Assembly: GCA_039028615.1 (NCBI GenBank)
Contig: JBCCHT010000037.1
Location: forward strand, 62,152 to 126,151
Direction of reading: 5' to 3'
Length of the DNA: 64,000 nt
From: Myxococcota bacterium
GTDB taxonomy: Bacteria > Myxococcota_A > Polyangia > Nannocystales > Nannocystaceae
The notes beneath the pieces are model-generated. The model was not told the origin of the DNA. It worked only from the letters and a program-made list of their open reading frames with translations, and did not search any database. Positions within the stretch are counted from its first letter, which is position 1. The number at the start of each line of letters is the position of its first letter. Positions 60,498 to 64,000 of the stretch are shown piece after piece. The position numbers and the translations under genes are program-made.

Positions 60498-60979
60498 GGC
60501 AATCCCTCTGTGGGCTTCCAGACGCGACCGCGAAGGGGTGTATTCACGGCCGGGTTTCGCTGGGTCAAATCGTAACAGTCGCGGCGACACTCGAAGTGAC
60601 CAATGGTGGGTCGTTGTGTGTGCCAGCGGGTCGGTCGAAATTGTCCATTGGTCAGCGGGCCCACTGGTCCTTGCGATCCACCACGGGTCATTGCGGGCCA
60701 GAACGCGATCACCCTCAGATTCCAATAGAACGCCCGTATTGCGGGGGTTTCCACTACGAAACCGAGTTGACGTCTAGGTCAAAAGCTGGTGTCGGAGGCC
60801 GGCCCCGGGGTCGGTTCTCAATTTGCCAATTCGGTGCTCAACAGAAGTTTGCCACTGCCGTTCGATAACGGCGTCTGGTGGCCAATGGGAAAAAAGCGCT
60901 GGCAGCACACGGCCCCACGGCCTACTGTTGACCTACTTCGCGGGCGGCGATGCCCCCAACACCGACCCGGAGGAACAAC

Positions 60980-61645
60980 ATGACGCGACAGCGCTCTGAC
61001 GAGTGGCGCAAACAACAGATCCGTGCTGCGGCCACTCGCTGTTTTGTACGTAAAGGATTCGCGGCTACGCGACTCCTCGACATTGCCCGTGAGGCTGGCC
61101 TCAGTAAGGGCGGAGTCTACTTCCACTACCGAGCCAAGGATGCCCTGTTCCAGGACATTCTCGACACCCAGGTCGCAAGCCTGGATCGGCGGTGGTCGTT
61201 CGATCCCGTGCCTGACCAGCCTGCCGACCGTACGCTCTATCGCTTGGTGGTCGCCCACCTGCGCACCCTCGAGGACGAGCCCGACGAGACTCGACTCCAC
61301 CACCTTCTGCTGGGCATGGCTCCGCAGTCGGAGAGCTTCCGCGAGAAGCTGGAGGAGTCGTTCCGAGTCATGCGGGTGCTCTACGCGGGAGTGATCTCGC
61401 GTGGCGTTCAGGCGGGTGCCTTCCGCGACGCCGACCCCGATAGGGCGGCGGACTGCGTTTTGGCCATGGTCCAGGGCCTGGCGGCACAAAGTGCCACCGA
61501 TCCCGAGGGCAAGCTGCCAATGCGGCCGGAGGAAGCGGCGGAGACCATCATGCGAATGTTGAGCGGCGCCGACCGAGTTGCAGCCACCGTGGCTGCGGTC
61601 CAAGCCGAGAACGTCGTGGCCGCCGAGCCTTCGCTCAGTAACTGA
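60980..61645 (+). CDS. TetR/AcrR-family transcriptional regulator
   Basis: GGAGG RBS; FVRKGFAATRLLDIAREAGLSKGGVYFHYRAKDALF. Confidence 0.93.
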   Translation: MTRQRSDEWRKQQIRAAATRCFVRKGFAATRLLDIAREAGLSKGGVYFHYRAKDALFQDILDTQVASLDRRWSFDPVPDQPADRTLYRLVVAHLRTLEDEPDETRLHHLLLGMAPQSESFREKLEESFRVMRVLYAGVISRGVQAGAFRDADPDRAADCVLAMVQGLAAQSATDPEGKLPMRPEEAAETIMRMLSGADRVAATVAAVQAENVVAAEPSLSN

Positions 61646-61670
61646 GCCGAGCCTCACCACAATCAAACAG

Positions 61671-61705
61671 AAGAAGGCCGTCACCTCGGGGTGTCGGCCT
61701 TCTTT
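61671..61705. terminator. Terminator hairpin between convergent genes
   Basis: aagaaggccg-tcacctcggggtgt-cggccttcttt. Confidence 0.7.
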
Positions 61706-61741
61706 GCGTCTACCGTTCGATGGAACGGCCGTCGTAGTGCC

Positions 61742-62944
61742 CTACGCGGGTGGATGGAGGCGAACTCCGCCCACGCCGACCGCCCCGGGCTCGTCGCCCG
61801 GCGCTTCGTAGCTGGTCTGGCGTACGAGCTCGCCGCGATAGCCGGGCGGCAGCATGCGAATGGCCGCGGCCAGGGTCGGGCCCCCGCTGGCGGGGCCCTG
61901 GGCGTGCTCGCGCTGGGCGGCGCGAACCAGGCCGGCTTCGTCGCCGCGCCGCAGGGCCGTGAGCAGCTCCGCGTCGCGTTCTTGCAGCTCGACCCGCTCC
62001 AGATCGGACAAGGGCGAGCGACCGTAGGCGGGCCCGGCGTGGCTCAGCTCGGCGCTCACCCACCACAGCACCGGTCGGTCCTCGCACAGGCCCCCCAGGG
62101 CCAGCTCGAATTGCTCGCGAGCGGTTTGTTGATCGGGGGTGGAAAGACCCGTGGCACCGCACAACACGTGCAGGATGGGCGGGCAGGCAGATCCGTAGAT
62201 GTGTCGGAGCACCACGGTGGCCAGCTCGAGGCTCATCGCTTCGCGGTGGCGGATCTCTTCTCGTAGGACCCAGTCGACGCGGCGTTCGAGCGCACCGAGC
62301 AGGTCCTCGGCCACTCGCGACGTGCCCAGCGGCGTCTCGTACGGCTTGTCCGTGACCACGTAGGGCAGCAAGCCGGGGCCGTGGTCGGTGCCCAAGATCA
62401 CGATGGTCTCGAGAGCGTCGGCCGGCGGCAGGCCGCGCAGGGTCTCGTCGAGCAGGGCGCCCACGCGATCGAAGGGGCCGTGGGGGGCGAGCACGCCGAG
62501 CAGGCTCGAGTCGGGGGAGGTCCGGGGCGAGCCTTCGGTCGAGGAGGGGATCGCCTGCTCCAGCATGGCGGCCAAGGACACGGGATCGGCCGGATACACC
62601 AGCCCGGCGAGCCCTGGCGCCCGGGTGGGGGCATCGACGAAGTCGGTGTGCTGCTGGGCCCAGCGCTCGCGGAAGGCGTCGTCGTCGAGCAGGCCCTGGT
62701 CGCGCAGCTGGCCGACGAAAGCCTCGAGGTCCTCCGCGGGCAGGTCCATGGAGCGGGTCATCAGCAAGGACTGGCGGATTTGGCCGACCGTACGGGTGCC
62801 GTCGAGCATATCGAGCACGGGTGCCAGCTCTGCGTCGATCGCGAACGGATCGGCCAAGCGGAGTGGATCGCGCACGACGACCAATTCTTCGCCACCACGA
62901 CGATGCTCGATGCGATCCACTTTGCGTAGCTTGGGCCGGTCCAT
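61742..62944 (-). CDS. Memo-like (AmmeMemoRadiSam protein B family) with N-terminal winged-helix-like domain
   Basis: AG.VYP, APH, ILGTDH, YETPLG, S.E, SAELSH.G; N-terminal RDP...LDGTRT. Confidence 0.8.
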   Translation of the reverse strand: MDRPKLRKVDRIEHRRGGEELVVVRDPLRLADPFAIDAELAPVLDMLDGTRTVGQIRQSLLMTRSMDLPAEDLEAFVGQLRDQGLLDDDAFRERWAQQHTDFVDAPTRAPGLAGLVYPADPVSLAAMLEQAIPSSTEGSPRTSPDSSLLGVLAPHGPFDRVGALLDETLRGLPPADALETIVILGTDHGPGLLPYVVTDKPYETPLGTSRVAEDLLGALERRVDWVLREEIRHREAMSLELATVVLRHIYGSACPPILHVLCGATGLSTPDQQTAREQFELALGGLCEDRPVLWWVSAELSHAGPAYGRSPLSDLERVELQERDAELLTALRRGDEAGLVRAAQREHAQGPASGGPTLAAAIRMLPPGYRGELVRQTSYEAPGDEPGAVGVGGVRLHPPA

Positions 62945-62956
62945 GAAACTCCCGGG

Positions 62957-64000
62957 GTGCACCGAGTTCTGATCGCCGCCGCGTGGATCGTGGCGGGCCC
63001 GCCGGCGACCGAGCCGACGCTCGACGCACGGACCGATGCGATCGGAATCGTTTGGCATGACCAGGCTACGGTGACGTCTGCGTCGCGGCAACGGTTGGTC
63101 GACGCGGCGAGTGAAGAAGGCCGGGTCGTCGCCGAGCCCTTGGTTCGGGCTCGGGCCGCGGCCGCGCTGTCCCTCGAGCGTGCTCGCAGCGAGCAGCTCG
63201 ACGCTTGGATCGCGGGCTTCGAATCGGCGACCACGGCGTATCGCAGCGGCGAGATCGATCGAGCGCGACAAGCCCTCAGTAGCCTCGTAGACGCGATACG
63301 AGCCGATCCGGCGGTGCCGGGGGCGACGCGGTTACTGTGGCGGGTGCACATGCTTCGGGGGCAGCTGGCCTGGGCCGAAGGGGATGCCGAGCAACGCGAC
63401 GCGGCCTTGGTCGCGGCCGTGGTGCTGGACCCCGCCGCCCGACCTTCGACCCGTGAAGTCCCGCCGCCCGTGGTCGAGGCCTACACAAAACTTCACGACG
63501 AGATCCTCGCGCGACGAGATCAATGGTCGCCGCTCGAGGTGATCGTGGAAGGAGAGGATCTCTCCTTCGTCGAGATCGATGGGGTGCCGGGCACTCGGGT
63601 CGTACCCGACGGGGAACACGTGGTGGTGCTGCGTCGTCCGGGCGTACCGCCGCGCGCGGCGATGGTCGAGGTGGGGCAGGCCTGGACGGTGCCCGCGTCG
63701 TCGGAGCGGCTCGGTCTCGGCTTGCCGGAGGACGAGGCGACAGCGCAGGAGATCTGCGACCTCGCAGGGCTCGACTGGCTGGTGCTGGCCCGCGTTCGGG
63801 GGCCGCGACTCGGGGTGCAGCGCTTCGCCTGCGGCGAGGGCTTCGCCCCGCCGTGGTTCGAAGGGAGCGCGGGATGGGAGCCCGCCGTCGCGGAGCTGAC
63901 GCAGACGCCAGAGGAGGGCTGGACGGCGCTGCCCGTGCTGCATCGCGACGGGCCGTGGCCCTCGGTGCCCTCGCGGCCCTTCATCGCGCTGGATGGAGGC
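62957..64000 (+). CDS. Hypothetical protein, TPR-like helices plus PEGA-like domain (runs off window edge)
   Basis: Manual translation from GTG 62957, no stop found: A..LDP...VPPPVVEAY, VEIDG...GEHVVVLRRPG. Not in the ORF track. Confidence 0.65.
   Translation, partial: MHRVLIAAAWIVAGPPATEPTLDARTDAIGIVWHDQATVTSASRQRLVDAASEEGRVVAEPLVRARAAAALSLERARSEQLDAWIAGFESATTAYRSGEIDRARQALSSLVDAIRADPAVPGATRLLWRVHMLRGQLAWAEGDAEQRDAALVAAVVLDPAARPSTREVPPPVVEAYTKLHDEILARRDQWSPLEVIVEGEDLSFVEIDGVPGTRVVPDGEHVVVLRRPGVPPRAAMVEVGQAWTVPASSERLGLGLPEDEATAQEICDLAGLDWLVLARVRGPRLGVQRFACGEGFAPPWFEGSAGWEPAVAELTQTPEEGWTALPVLHRDGPWPSVPSRPFIALDGG

Overview
This is a GC-rich bacterial chromosome segment. MYXO-CTERM, TIGR04563-like, AgmX-like and DCDD-repeat proteins point to a myxobacterium, plausibly Nannocystaceae-like (inference). 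Most of it is core genome: secG-tpiA-pgk; an Mla/MCE ABC operon; TetR-MFP-RND efflux; dksA; a K+ channel; an lgt-like gene; tRNA-Met with an adjacent ParE-type toxin-antitoxin pair; a thiolase-hbd-crt-acyl-CoA dehydrogenase cluster; a TrmA/RlmD methylase-holA; rpsT; yceD-rpmF-plsX-fabD-fabG-acpP-fabF-rpiB-nrdR-ribD-ribE-ribBX-coaBC-udg; an HU-family gene; an MMPL transporter; and a Memo-like gene. Five things stand out. (1) One ORF has an internal MYXO-CTERM anchor whose Arg tail doubles as the start of a lipoprotein signal, making it a candidate two-product surface polyprotein; it lies in a co-oriented cell-surface cluster whose first gene has a consensus sigma54 promoter. (2) Two adjacent acyl-CoA dehydrogenases have lost reciprocal halves of the FAD/catalytic site, suggesting an alpha2beta2 heteromer. 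(3) A ~1370-aa secreted protein is built from Pro-turn aromatic hairpin repeats. (4) The MlaD carries an 8-Cys insert inside its MCE domain. (5) Twin palindromes sit in front of a TIGR04563-type small regulator. I saw no CRISPR array, rRNA, IS element or integrase. All family assignments come from motif recognition by eye; no database searches were run.
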